From Alphaproteobacteria bacterium (GTDB lineage Bacteria > Pseudomonadota > Alphaproteobacteria > RF32 > CAG-239), in the NCBI GenBank assembly GCA_017939155.1, contig JAGAZZ010000048.1:23083-87082 (forward strand): 64,000 bases of DNA, read 5' to 3'. How positions within the stretch are numbered: position 1 is the stretch's first letter; every line of letters begins with the position of its first letter. The notes under the pieces are model-generated. The model was not told the origin of the DNA, searched no databases, and saw nothing but the letters and a program-made list of their open reading frames with translations. The position numbers and the translations under genes are program-made. Shown one piece after another: positions 27,612-36,794 of the stretch.

Positions 27612-27688
27612 TGGTAGGCGCGCAGGGATTCGAACCCTGGACCCACTGATTAAGAGTCAGTTGCTCTAGCCAACTGAGCTACGCACCC
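27612..27688 (-). tRNA. tRNA-Lys (anticodon CUU)
   Basis: I folded the cloverleaf by hand. Acceptor GGGTGCG/CGCGCCT, D-arm GCTC-AGTTGGCTA-GAGC, anticodon arm ACTGA-CTCTTAA-TCAGT (CUU), T-arm CAGGG-TTCGAAT-CCCTG, discriminator A, encoded CCA. The acceptor stem has G1-U72 and U4-G69 wobbles. Confidence 0.92.
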
Positions 27689-27833
27689 ATAACCAAAATC
27701 TTCGCTTACTATAATCGAAAGATTTTTTTTTGCAATAGTTTTTTTTAAACTTTTTAATATTTTTTTTGCTTACAAGAAAACCCTTGCCAAATAAGGAGTT
27801 AGCCATTATATTTTTTAAAGAAAAGGAGTGAAA

Positions 27834-29075
27834 ATGCAAATATACAGAGTTGGCGGCGCCGTGCGTGATAAACTTTTAGAAAAAAAGTCAAATGATAACG
27901 ACTACGTTGTCATAAATTCAAGCGAAGAAGAAATGCAAGCGTTAGGCTATAAAAAAGTCGGCAAAGCCTTTCCTGTTTTTCTTCACCCCAAAACCGGCGA
28001 AGAATATGCACTCGCAAGAAAAGAAATCAAAACCGGCTCCGGGCATTGTGATTTTGAGTTTATCTTTACACCCGATATAACCTTAAAGGAAGATTCGTTT
28101 CGCCGTGATTTTACCTGTAACGCCCTTTATCAAGATTTAAAAACCGGTGAAATCATTGACTACCATAATGGCATAGCCGATATAAAAAATCATCTCTTGC
28201 GCCACGTTTCGCCTCATTTTCAAGAAGACCCTTTAAGGGTTTTAAGAATGTGTCGGTTTGCCGCAACGCTGAATTTCAAGGTGGCGCCGGAAACTATGAC
28301 ATTATGTCAAAAAATGGTAAAAGAAGGGGCTTTAAGCCATTTAAGCTCAAACCGGCTCTGGCAAGAGTTTGAAAAAGCGCTATCCTCGCCAAATTTCTTT
28401 CGTTTTATCGAAACCGCGCGCGAATGTGGGGCGCTCAAAGCTTGGCTTCCTGAGGTCGAAGCGTTGTTTGCAATTCCCGAACGGCTTGACTATCACCCTG
28501 AAGCCAACAGCGGCGCTCATACCCTCCTTGCTCTAAAAGCCGCGCAAAGCACCGATTCTCTTATTAACTTTACCGTCTTGTTTCATGATATAGGTAAAAC
28601 CAAAACCGACCCTGCCTTTTGGCCCTCGCACCATGGTCACGATAGGCTAGGGGCAGAGCTGATAAAACAAATCGGTCAAAGAGTGAAGTTTCCCAAAGAA
28701 TATGTTGCCTTTGCCTCTTTTACAATCGCAAGGCACATGCTTTATCATCAACCATTAAATAACATCAAAGATAAGCTGGCAGAAATTGCCGTCAGTTTAG
28801 CGCATCATCAAAAAAAGGAATATTTTGCCAAATTTCTCTCAGTGCTTAATGCCGATATGTTGGGAAGAAAACGTGTCATCCCTCAAAAAGACATCAAAGA
28901 GTTTGAAAACTTTTCATCATATTTGCAAAAACTTGTTGCCACGGCAAAAGAGCATAAAATTTCAGAGCTGCCTGAATTTCCCCGTTTAATGGAAGCCTTA
29001 AAGCAAAATAAACTTTCACCATCAGATTTAAACGAGGCGTTTCAAAATTTTATTTTAGAAAAAGTATCGCTCTAA
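27834..29075 (+). CDS. cca: CCA-adding enzyme (tRNA nucleotidyltransferase with HD domain)
   Basis: YRVGGAVRDKLL, RRDFTCNAL and an HD region (LFHDIGK). AAGGAG lies 6 nt before ATG 27834. The track start 27828 is GTG. Confidence 0.9.
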   Translation: MQIYRVGGAVRDKLLEKKSNDNDYVVINSSEEEMQALGYKKVGKAFPVFLHPKTGEEYALARKEIKTGSGHCDFEFIFTPDITLKEDSFRRDFTCNALYQDLKTGEIIDYHNGIADIKNHLLRHVSPHFQEDPLRVLRMCRFAATLNFKVAPETMTLCQKMVKEGALSHLSSNRLWQEFEKALSSPNFFRFIETARECGALKAWLPEVEALFAIPERLDYHPEANSGAHTLLALKAAQSTDSLINFTVLFHDIGKTKTDPAFWPSHHGHDRLGAELIKQIGQRVKFPKEYVAFASFTIARHMLYHQPLNNIKDKLAEIAVSLAHHQKKEYFAKFLSVLNADMLGRKRVIPQKDIKEFENFSSYLQKLVATAKEHKISELPEFPRLMEALKQNKLSPSDLNEAFQNFILEKVSL

Positions 29076-29187
29076 CAAAATCAAAATCCCTCTGTGCAAA
29101 TCAGAATTAATGCTTTAAAAAAAAGATAAATGCGCTTAAATTACAGTAAACATTTCTATTTTTAACTTATTAAATTATGGTGCCGTG

Positions 29188-32100
29188 ATGAAAAAATTGC
29201 TCGTTTTAACCTTGATGTTAATGTTAAGTCTGCCGGTTTTATCCCTTCAAGCTAAAGAAGAGGAACAAGCCAAACATTATGAGCTTGATGAAGACAAAGC
29301 CACCCGTTTTAAGTTAAAAGAAACCGAAGCGGAAGTTGCCGCAACCCCGCAAACCGATTCGCAAAAGCAAACAATAATCAATGAAAATATCCCGCATATC
29401 ATCACTGAGGAATTTCCCGGCGGCAGGGTCGAAAAGTTGGTTGATGAAACCGGCAAAGTTATTGCGGAAAAAACAATTGAAAATGATAAAATAGTAAAAA
29501 AAGTCTTAAACTATTATTACCCGACCGGTGAATTATCTCGCAAAGTTATTGCTAATGAAGATGACCAAGGCTTTTATGCCGAAGAGTATTATACTAATTC
29601 AAAACTTGCTTCGCAGGCAACCTATATTAATGAGCAAAGCAAAATCGGTAAAGAAAAAAAGTATGATGCCAACGGCACTTTACGACAAGAAGTTTCTTGG
29701 GTCTTGCCCCAAGAAGAGCTTAAAAAACCGATAGAAGAACGTCAAACCGTGCGCCACGGCAACATCATTACCTATTATCCTGACGGTAGAATTGCCGCTT
29801 CGTTCCCCATCGGGCAAAAAGGAAAAACCATTTTCTTTAATCGCTACGGCAGACCTCTAAAAGAAATTGCTGATGCCAAGATACTTAATTTCACTAAAGA
29901 GCTGACCGAGGCTGATTGCCAAAGAGCCGCGATTAAACTTGAGCTTGAAGAATTAGTCGAACTCTATGAAGATGAGGGGGATATTTCATATAACAAATGC
30001 GGCTTGCCGTATCGGGAAAATTTTGTTTATGATGTTTATGAAGTCAATGGGCAGGACGAAACCAAGTTCAGTTATGACGAAACCGGAATGTTGCGCCGTA
30101 TCACGCCATATAAAGAAGGGCAAAAACACGGTTTGGAGCAAAAATTTGACGCTCAGGGTAACGTTATTGCTGAAATAAATTATAAAGACGGTCAAAAAGA
30201 CGGTTATGTCAACGGCTATTTCCCGACCAGACAAAACGCTTTTCGTAAGCGTTATGTCAACGGTAAGGTTGAAGGAAAGTTGACCTGCTATTTTCCGAAC
30301 GGTGACATCGCTGCGGAGTTTTCTTATAATAATGGTTTGAAAGAGGGTCCCGCCGTCATAAACAGTCCGATTAAACGTAACCTTGAATTTAAAGCCGGAA
30401 AAATGCTCAATACGCCGGAAAAATCCACGCGCCGTGAAATGATTTCTAATCTTTCAGCCCTTGAAAAGCCGGAAGAAAAATGTTTGGATATTGATAATAA
30501 ATTAGCCGAAATCCTTTTGGATATAAGTATGAACGAGCAAATGCTCTCCGCCCGTTTTGCCATAGAATATCCCAAAGGCTGTGAAGATATAGCTGCATAT
30601 AAGCCTGAAAGGAGCAGTTTAGTGTGTTATGACGAAAACCAAAAGCTACGCGCTATTTCGCCGGTGGCACACAAACGCGGGGACTACGCAATCCAAAAAA
30701 TATACGCAAGTGATGGTAGCCTGAGTTATGAAATTCCGTACAAAGGAAAACAGCGCCAAGGCTTAACGAAGCAATATGATAATCAGAAACGCCTGCTCGC
30801 TGAAATGTTCTTTGATAAAAATAATTTAACGCAAACCTCAAGAACCTATTATCCGGATGGCAATGTCAAAAGTGTCCTCTCTTTTGCCGAAGGAATGCCG
30901 CGTAAGCTTTTGGCGCGTTATGAAGAAAACGGCGCTTTGGTGTTCAGCCTGACCTATAAAGATGACCAAAAGCAAGAGGCATATCTTAGCCGAGCCAAAG
31001 ATAAACAAGACGTTTACATTCATTTTTATAACAACAAGCCGGAAAGTATCCGTATCAGCAGCCAAGACAATCCTTATGATTTCAGCGAATATAACTTGGC
31101 GCTCGGCGAATATACCGTTTATAAAAATAACGAGTTGGTTAGCGGTGGCAAATTGTGCAACTATACCATCGCCTCAGATATTGATGTCATAACTCACCAA
31201 GACCTCGCTAAAGCGGCGCAGTCGGCTGTGATGCAAACTCAAAAATCTGCCCCAAAAGCAGAAAAGCCGGAAGCATCTGCCTCAAAAACGGACGATTTGG
31301 AACCGTTGACCGAAGAAGAAATTGCTGAGTTTGATAGGAGTATGGCAGATTATAAGCTCGAAAATGCCATTATCCCGACCGCAGAGGAAAAACATCGTCA
31401 GGAACTGGCCGCACAAAATATCGGTCCGGTGGCAAAACCGGCTCTAAACGAGCTTTCCGATGTGGTGCAAAAAGAAAAGCTTGAAGCAAACAGTTCAGCC
31501 GATGTCACAGAAAGTCCGGCTAAAACTGAAAAGCTTTATTATCCGAACCAAAAATTGCGCAAAACCATCAAAACCCGTGGCTCACGCACCGAGGAAGTCA
31601 AGGAATATTCCAAAACAGGGCTCTTGCTGACAGATATAATGTATAATAAAGACAATATCGTCACCGAAAAGTATAACGGTTCGGGCGGTGTGCGCCGTAA
31701 GAGCAAAAAATCTTATGATGACAACGCCGTACTGGCCTTTCTCTCAAGGGAAGATTTTTATGACACCGGCACGCCGCGTTACGCTATCGAGCGCAAACCT
31801 GAAACATTGTTGTTTATGGAAAAGCAATATTATCCTGACGGTACCCTGAAATCAGAAACAACGCAAAACGCCCCCTTGTCATTTACCATCAAGGAGTATG
31901 CTAAAGATGGTAAATTGGTTAAAGAAACCAAAGAAGAAGGGTTTAATAGCTTGGTTGCCGAATATAATGCAGACGGTCAAATAACCAAAGCTATGCTAAA
32001 CAACAGCGCTGTTCCGGCTTCATTAGCTAAAGAAAGTAAAAAGGTCTTTAAGGACAATGCTAAAATATATAGCGACAAAGGTAGCTTAAAAGCAGCTTTC

Positions 32101-32466
32101 AAAACCTCAAAAGACGCTAATACATTGGTAAACTATTATAAAAACGGGCAGGCAAAAACCAAGCTCAGCTTCAAAAATAATGGAGAAATTGCCGTGACGG
32201 CTTATGCTAAAGACGGCACGCCGGTTAAATCAGCAACACTGGCGCAAGACGGAAAATTATACATCAAAAAGCCTGAGCTCCGCGTTATCCCGTCTTATCG
32301 GGAACGGTATTGGGTAGATTATAATAATCCCCGCTGGATAGAAAACCAAGATAAATACTCTATTAAAGCCATTAAAGAGCTATACTTGGATACAGTCGCT
32401 TATATCCTAAATGAGTTGGAGATTAGCATTCCTGAGGAATTAAAAAAACTAAGGGAACAAAAATAA
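29188..32466 (+). CDS. Secreted MORN-variant (YwqK-type) repeat protein, about 1092 aa
   Basis: Signal peptide MKKLLVLTLMLMLSLPVLSLQA. It has dozens of degenerate repeats of type Y(Y/F)PxG(x)L..(x)..Y.(N/D)G...G, followed by an acidic or low-complexity middle and further repeats. Confidence 0.75.
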   Translation: MKKLLVLTLMLMLSLPVLSLQAKEEEQAKHYELDEDKATRFKLKETEAEVAATPQTDSQKQTIINENIPHIITEEFPGGRVEKLVDETGKVIAEKTIENDKIVKKVLNYYYPTGELSRKVIANEDDQGFYAEEYYTNSKLASQATYINEQSKIGKEKKYDANGTLRQEVSWVLPQEELKKPIEERQTVRHGNIITYYPDGRIAASFPIGQKGKTIFFNRYGRPLKEIADAKILNFTKELTEADCQRAAIKLELEELVELYEDEGDISYNKCGLPYRENFVYDVYEVNGQDETKFSYDETGMLRRITPYKEGQKHGLEQKFDAQGNVIAEINYKDGQKDGYVNGYFPTRQNAFRKRYVNGKVEGKLTCYFPNGDIAAEFSYNNGLKEGPAVINSPIKRNLEFKAGKMLNTPEKSTRREMISNLSALEKPEEKCLDIDNKLAEILLDISMNEQMLSARFAIEYPKGCEDIAAYKPERSSLVCYDENQKLRAISPVAHKRGDYAIQKIYASDGSLSYEIPYKGKQRQGLTKQYDNQKRLLAEMFFDKNNLTQTSRTYYPDGNVKSVLSFAEGMPRKLLARYEENGALVFSLTYKDDQKQEAYLSRAKDKQDVYIHFYNNKPESIRISSQDNPYDFSEYNLALGEYTVYKNNELVSGGKLCNYTIASDIDVITHQDLAKAAQSAVMQTQKSAPKAEKPEASASKTDDLEPLTEEEIAEFDRSMADYKLENAIIPTAEEKHRQELAAQNIGPVAKPALNELSDVVQKEKLEANSSADVTESPAKTEKLYYPNQKLRKTIKTRGSRTEEVKEYSKTGLLLTDIMYNKDNIVTEKYNGSGGVRRKSKKSYDDNAVLAFLSREDFYDTGTPRYAIERKPETLLFMEKQYYPDGTLKSETTQNAPLSFTIKEYAKDGKLVKETKEEGFNSLVAEYNADGQITKAMLNNSAVPASLAKESKKVFKDNAKIYSDKGSLKAAFKTSKDANTLVNYYKNGQAKTKLSFKNNGEIAVTAYAKDGTPVKSATLAQDGKLYIKKPELRVIPSYRERYWVDYNNPRWIENQDKYSIKAIKELYLDTVAYILNELEISIPEELKKLREQK

Positions 32467-32469
32467 GTC

Positions 32470-32497
32470 TTGACTCAAAGCATAAAGAGGGTATATT
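32470..32497 (+). promoter_or_regulatory. Sigma70-type promoter (TTGACT-16nt-TATATT)
   Basis: TTGACT at 32470-32475 and TATATT at 32492-32497, upstream of 32548. Confidence 0.45.
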
Positions 32498-32547
32498 CCC
32501 CAACAGTTAGCTTATTAATATGTTTAATTATAAAAAAATGAATTATT

Positions 32548-33309
32548 ATGGAAAAAGAAAAAATCAGTGCAAAAGAAATTGCCGAGATTAAGGAAAAAGC
32601 TGAAGCTAAAAGACAAATGCACCGAAAAATTGTCGAAGAGATTGATAGGTTGGTGCATGACGAAAAAGCAGAGATGTCGCCGGAGCGCCAACTTGAGATT
32701 ATCAAGCGCGGTTATAGTGATGAAATCAGGGCGTTGTTAAAAGCCTATAATAACAAACGCACGCTCTGCCCGGAGGCTCAGTTGTATATCTATACGCATA
32801 AGCAAGACTATCGTGAGGCGTATGCCTATATGATAGAGAATATGCGTTTGTGCTTTGAAGTTGAAAAAAAGCTCTTGGCCGATGTATTTTGCACCAAGCT
32901 CCGCCGGTATTCGCCGCAGGCTGAAATTTATATCGTTCAAAAAGTTCTTGCTGAAACGGATGAAATTCCGCCTAAACGCGTTTTTTTGAATCTATTTAAA
33001 GAGTATAGCAAAAACTATAAGTTGAGTGTCGATGCTGAAACCTTAATGGTTAGGGAGTTTTTAGGTCGTAAGCACGGTCTTATGATTGATGAGTTGCACA
33101 ATCGGGTTGAAAAATACTTTGAAACACATCAGGTTTTTTCCGCGCTGGCCCAGCGGGAAATGGTTAAAGCAAGCTACCATCCGCTGATTATGGCTTATAT
33201 CAAAAAAGCTCGTAAGGGGCTAAATGATGAAACAGCGGTTAATCTGCTCTTAGAACGGGCAGACCGTGCTGAAATTGAAGCGTACTATGAACGCTATGTC
33301 GAACTCTGA
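32548..33309 (+). CDS. Orphan helical-repeat protein
   Basis: 253-aa ORF with recurring helical units (PEAQLYIYTHK.., PQAEIYIVQKV.., DAETLMVREF.., ETAVNLLLERA..). No SD. Confidence 0.6.
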   Translation: MEKEKISAKEIAEIKEKAEAKRQMHRKIVEEIDRLVHDEKAEMSPERQLEIIKRGYSDEIRALLKAYNNKRTLCPEAQLYIYTHKQDYREAYAYMIENMRLCFEVEKKLLADVFCTKLRRYSPQAEIYIVQKVLAETDEIPPKRVFLNLFKEYSKNYKLSVDAETLMVREFLGRKHGLMIDELHNRVEKYFETHQVFSALAQREMVKASYHPLIMAYIKKARKGLNDETAVNLLLERADRAEIEAYYERYVEL

Positions 33310-33313
33310 AAAC

Positions 33314-33346
33314 AAAAAACGCGAGGCTTTATCCCCGCGTTTTTTG
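33314..33346. terminator. Bidirectional terminator between convergent genes
   Basis: aaaaaacgcgagg-cttta-tccccgcgtttttt. Confidence 0.65.
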
Positions 33347-33364
33347 TTTATTATCGCTTAAAGC

Positions 33365-33895
33365 TTAAAAGCTCTCCCAATGAACTTTTGCCAGATTAAG
33401 CCTGTCTTCGGGCGTTTTCGGTGTTTCTTCCGGATAACCGATAGGAATAATGGCAATCGGTAACATGGTTTCCGGCATATTAAATTTAGCTCTCAAATTA
33501 TCCACCACCATCGGCATCGGTGCCGCCCCGCAAAAACAAGCGCCAAGCCCTTTGGCATGGCAGGCAAGCAATAAGTTTTGCGCCGCTAATGCGCCATCAA
33601 TTTGCGCATAATTCCAGCCCTCTTTTTCGCGGTGGAAAGTTTCTTCTGTATCTGCGCAAACAATAATCGCCAAAGCAGCGTCTTTGGCAAAAGATGTCCA
33701 CGGTTGAACCGAACGCAAACTTTTCAAAACTTCTTTATCTTCAATCACTAAAAAATGCCACGGCTGTTTATTATGCGCCGAAGGAGCAAAGCTTGCCGCT
33801 CTGATAAGGTCTAAAATCTCATCTTTGGTTAACGTTTTCTCCGGGTTATATTTGCGAATAGAGCGTCTGCTCAAAAGTCCGTCATAAAGTTCCAT
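33365..33895 (-). CDS. Nitroreductase-family protein
   Basis: LLSRRSIRKY...IRAASFAPSAHNKQPWHFLVI is the signature N-terminus. Confidence 0.88.
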   Translation of the reverse strand: MELYDGLLSRRSIRKYNPEKTLTKDEILDLIRAASFAPSAHNKQPWHFLVIEDKEVLKSLRSVQPWTSFAKDAALAIIVCADTEETFHREKEGWNYAQIDGALAAQNLLLACHAKGLGACFCGAAPMPMVVDNLRAKFNMPETMLPIAIIPIGYPEETPKTPEDRLNLAKVHWESF

Positions 33896-33904
33896 AATAC
33901 CTCC

Positions 33905-34516
33905 TTAATTTAAAACACGCTGTAATTTTTCAATATGCGGCAAAACAAAATGTTCAATCAAAAAGCTCAAAGTCTTTTCAACCGTTTTATCGGTGTTTTG
34001 TACAACCTGATAAACGTCTTTCGGGTTTTCCTGCCGCTCAAGCCGTTGGGAAAGTGTTGTATAAACCCCGGCTAAGTCGGAAAGAGAAGAGATGAGTTCT
34101 GCTGCAAATTTAGGGATGTTCAAACTTTCTAAACCGCCCCAAAAACCCTCAACAAAGCCAAGCTCAATGGCATTCGCGCGAGCGTTGCAAAAAGCGCTTA
34201 CAGCTTCTTTGCTGTTTTTATCTCCTAAAAAAGCAGGAAGTTTTAATGTGTTAGTGCGAACCATAACAAACATTTCATCCCAAAGCCCCATAAAAAACTT
34301 GAAGAATAATTCAGCTTCTTTTTTGGTTACAAGCCGCGGTTGGTTGTCTTCATAAAACAACGAAGCAATCACGTCTGTCGGTCGCAAATCAGGGTTTGGG
34401 CTGGAAATCGCGCCGGCAAATTTAAGCTTAACCGTCAAAAGCGGGGTAGGGCAATTATAATGTTCCAAAAACTTTTGGAATTTATCATCCCCAATATATA
34501 CATTTTCGCTTTGCAT
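33905..34516 (-). CDS. UPF0149/YecA-like family protein
   Basis: The pattern FAGAISSPNP..PTDVIASLF...EAELFFKFFMGLWDEM...AFCNARANAIELGFVEGFWGG resembles UPF0149 family proteins. Confidence 0.45.
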   Translation of the reverse strand: MQSENVYIGDDKFQKFLEHYNCPTPLLTVKLKFAGAISSPNPDLRPTDVIASLFYEDNQPRLVTKKEAELFFKFFMGLWDEMFVMVRTNTLKLPAFLGDKNSKEAVSAFCNARANAIELGFVEGFWGGLESLNIPKFAAELISSLSDLAGVYTTLSQRLERQENPKDVYQVVQNTDKTVEKTLSFLIEHFVLPHIEKLQRVLN

Positions 34517-34575
34517 TTTATTTCATTTTCTTCTATAATACCAAACATACATCAATTTAATGGGAGATTTGCAAA

Positions 34576-34890
34576 TTGTCTACTCTAAAATTATCAATAT
34601 TGCTTTTTTTGTGCGCGCTGGTTTCGGCTTGTGCCGAATTTGCACCGTTTGAAGACCGCAGACGTGAACCGGGAACGGAATATGTCTATGTCGGCGCCTC
34701 CAAACTGGGACAACCGGCAATCTGCTATAACCCGTTGTTTTATAGCAAAGAAGAGATAAAAGAACGCGCGGACGCTCTCTGTAAGAGCCATCAAAAAAAC
34801 ACGCACGCCGAATTTGTCGATGTTGATTATTTTACCTGCAGGCTGTTTGTCCCTTCCAAGGCCTACTACAAATGTGTTGTTGATAAATAG
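34576..34890 (+). CDS. Small lipoprotein
   Basis: Lipobox LVSAC after a hydrophobic leader (LSILLFLCALVSAC). TTG start 9 nt after GGGAG. Confidence 0.6.
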   Translation: MSTLKLSILLFLCALVSACAEFAPFEDRRREPGTEYVYVGASKLGQPAICYNPLFYSKEEIKERADALCKSHQKNTHAEFVDVDYFTCRLFVPSKAYYKCVVDK

Positions 34891-34917
34891 CCATTTGTCA
34901 TCAAAAAGGAGGACGTT

Positions 34918-35628
34918 ATGAATATATATGTTTTTGATATGGACGGAACGCTCACCCCCGCGCGCCAGCCGATGAAACCGGATTTTGCCCGCCGTTTTAT
35001 TCCTTGGGTAAAAGCGCATATTGCTTATCTTGCCGCAGGTTCAAACTATGAAAAAGTCGCCGAGCAGCTTCCTGCAGACGCCATCACCGCTTTTAGCGGC
35101 ATTTATAGCTCAATGGGCAATGTCTTTCATCAAAAAAATAAAGAAGTTTATCGTCAGGAGATTAAATTAAAAAAGGAACTCTTGCAAACCTTAGAAGCCT
35201 ATCGGAAAAACACCCTCTATCAAGGCAAGCTCTATGGCAATTATCTTGAGCTCCGTCCCGGAATGTTAAATTTCAGCGTTTTAGGGCGTAACTGTCCGTT
35301 TGAGGCACGCGCGGATTATAACGCTTGGGATAATCAAAACCATGAGCGTGAAACAATGGCTTGCGAGCTCAACCGCAAATTCCCGGAATATGAAATAAGC
35401 CTTGGCGGCAAAATCTCGCTTGACATCGTCACCAAAGGTTTCGGTAAGGAGCAAATTGCAGGTAAAATAAGACAAGCCCACCCGAACGATAAAATTATCT
35501 TTTTTGGTGACCGCACCGCTCCGGGCGGGAATGATTACGCCTTGGCGCAAGCCCTCTTAAAAATGGAAAATACCGAGGTCATTGCCGTCAATACTCCCGA
35601 AGACGTGCTAGCGTTCTTGAAAATATAA
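34918..35628 (+). CDS. Eukaryotic-type phosphomannomutase (HAD superfamily, PMM family)
   Basis: FDMDGTLTPARQPM, GSNYEKVAEQL, ELRPGMLNFSVLGRNC, ISLGGKISLDIV and IIFFGDRTAPGGNDYAL align along the whole length with eukaryotic PMM1/2-type sequences. They do not match the bacterial ManB/AlgC type. Confidence 0.85.
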   Translation: MNIYVFDMDGTLTPARQPMKPDFARRFIPWVKAHIAYLAAGSNYEKVAEQLPADAITAFSGIYSSMGNVFHQKNKEVYRQEIKLKKELLQTLEAYRKNTLYQGKLYGNYLELRPGMLNFSVLGRNCPFEARADYNAWDNQNHERETMACELNRKFPEYEISLGGKISLDIVTKGFGKEQIAGKIRQAHPNDKIIFFGDRTAPGGNDYALAQALLKMENTEVIAVNTPEDVLAFLKI

Positions 35629-35652
35629 GGATAAAATATCACATAAAAAAAT

Positions 35653-35705
35653 TCCCCTTTGAACTATCCAATTTATGAGCGGACAGTTCAAAAGGGGAGT
35701 TTTTA
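35653..35705. terminator. Long hairpin between convergent genes
   Basis: tcccctttgaact ... agttcaaaagggga (13-bp stem, one bulge) followed by ttttt. Confidence 0.5.
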
Positions 35706-36695
35706 ACAGCATCCTAAAAGATATTGCTTATAAGCTTCTTTTAGAGAGAATTCTTTGCCCGAAAGGCACTTTGTCAGCAAAACCAGATAATCAAACATCT
35801 GGCGGGAAATATCTCCCTCAACGCTGCCAAATTCATAAACCAGGCTGGACAAGGCGCCAAAAATTTCAGCTTTTGACATGGTCACGTCAAGAACTATAAA
35901 TTTGCCATCAAAGTCAATGGTCAAATAATGCTCAGCCATCATACGAATATAAGCCCCAAATGGCCACTCGGCAAATTTTTGCCCGTCTTTCATGTAGCAT
36001 TGGTGGCAAGAATGACACCTTGTTTTAGTCTTGGTCGCTTTTTCGTCCATAGTTTTATCAGTCGCATCGATGAGCTTTCTATGCTCAACATCGACCTTAA
36101 AAAAACGAAAGTTCTTGTCACAAGCAGTTATACTGCCGTCTTTCTCAAAACAAAAAGCCTCTAAAGCATGGTCAAAGGGGATAACCTGATTGTTTTTATC
36201 AAGCAATTCTGCAGAATAGGCATAGTGAAGCGCAATAAGTCCATCTTTGCTTTCAGCAAATCCGGTTATTTTAGCAACCTTTAAGATAAACGGTGCGTGA
36301 ATGTCCTGATTGACCCGATAAAGCTTATAGCAATCTTTGCCTTGACACACAAAAGCGTTATGCCGACCAACACAATGCACTTGGTCAAATGACTGTAAAA
36401 TCATACCGTCTGCATCAACAAGCTTTCCGTCCTTGTCACAATCTACCACAAGTTTATACCCGTTATCAAACACATAAAAGCCTGAAATTCCCTGATAAAT
36501 CCACTCTCCGTTTGTGTCATAAACGTCGATACTTTTGGTTGTAGAGTTAACAAGGGAGATAAAACCGTTTTTATGCAAAGTCACACCGCCGGCAAGTTTC
36601 TCCGTAGACATATTGCCAAAGAAACGCCAATAAAATTTTAACCGGGCAAATTTCAAAGAAAAAGCACCGGAAGCTGAAGAACCTAAATTTTCCAT
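35703..36695 (-). CDS. WG-repeat-like orphan protein
   Basis: 330 aa with repeated beta-rich units around (K/E)NG(F/Y)..., DGK(L/F), YD.NG. In tandem with 36795-37829, behind a homologous promoter. Confidence 0.6.
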   Translation of the reverse strand: MENLGSSASGAFSLKFARLKFYWRFFGNMSTEKLAGGVTLHKNGFISLVNSTTKSIDVYDTNGEWIYQGISGFYVFDNGYKLVVDCDKDGKLVDADGMILQSFDQVHCVGRHNAFVCQGKDCYKLYRVNQDIHAPFILKVAKITGFAESKDGLIALHYAYSAELLDKNNQVIPFDHALEAFCFEKDGSITACDKNFRFFKVDVEHRKLIDATDKTMDEKATKTKTRCHSCHQCYMKDGQKFAEWPFGAYIRMMAEHYLTIDFDGKFIVLDVTMSKAEIFGALSSLVYEFGSVEGDISRQMFDYLVLLTKCLSGKEFSLKEAYKQYLLGCC

Positions 36696-36734
36696 AAATA
36701 TATTTTTTTTATTAATAATACAATTGTCACCCTA

Positions 36735-36762
36735 AAAATATCAAAAATCAAAATTTTGTCAA
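36735..36762 (-). promoter_or_regulatory. Sigma70-type promoter (TTGACA-16nt-TATTTT)
   Basis: Minus strand TTGACAAAATTTTGATTTTTGATATTTT. Nearly identical to 37869-37896. Confidence 0.5.
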
Positions 36763-36763
36763 T

Positions 36764-36793
36764 AAAAAACTCTCCTTGAAGGAGAGTTTTTTT
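36764..36793 (-). terminator. Rho-independent terminator
   Basis: aaaaaactctcc-ttgaa-ggagagttttttt. Confidence 0.7.
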
Positions 36794-36794
36794 A

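Noticed and set aside
34594-35019. 141-aa minus-strand ORF overlapping the lipoprotein and PMM genes.
   Set aside because: It is antisense to two better-supported genes, one with a full-length family match.
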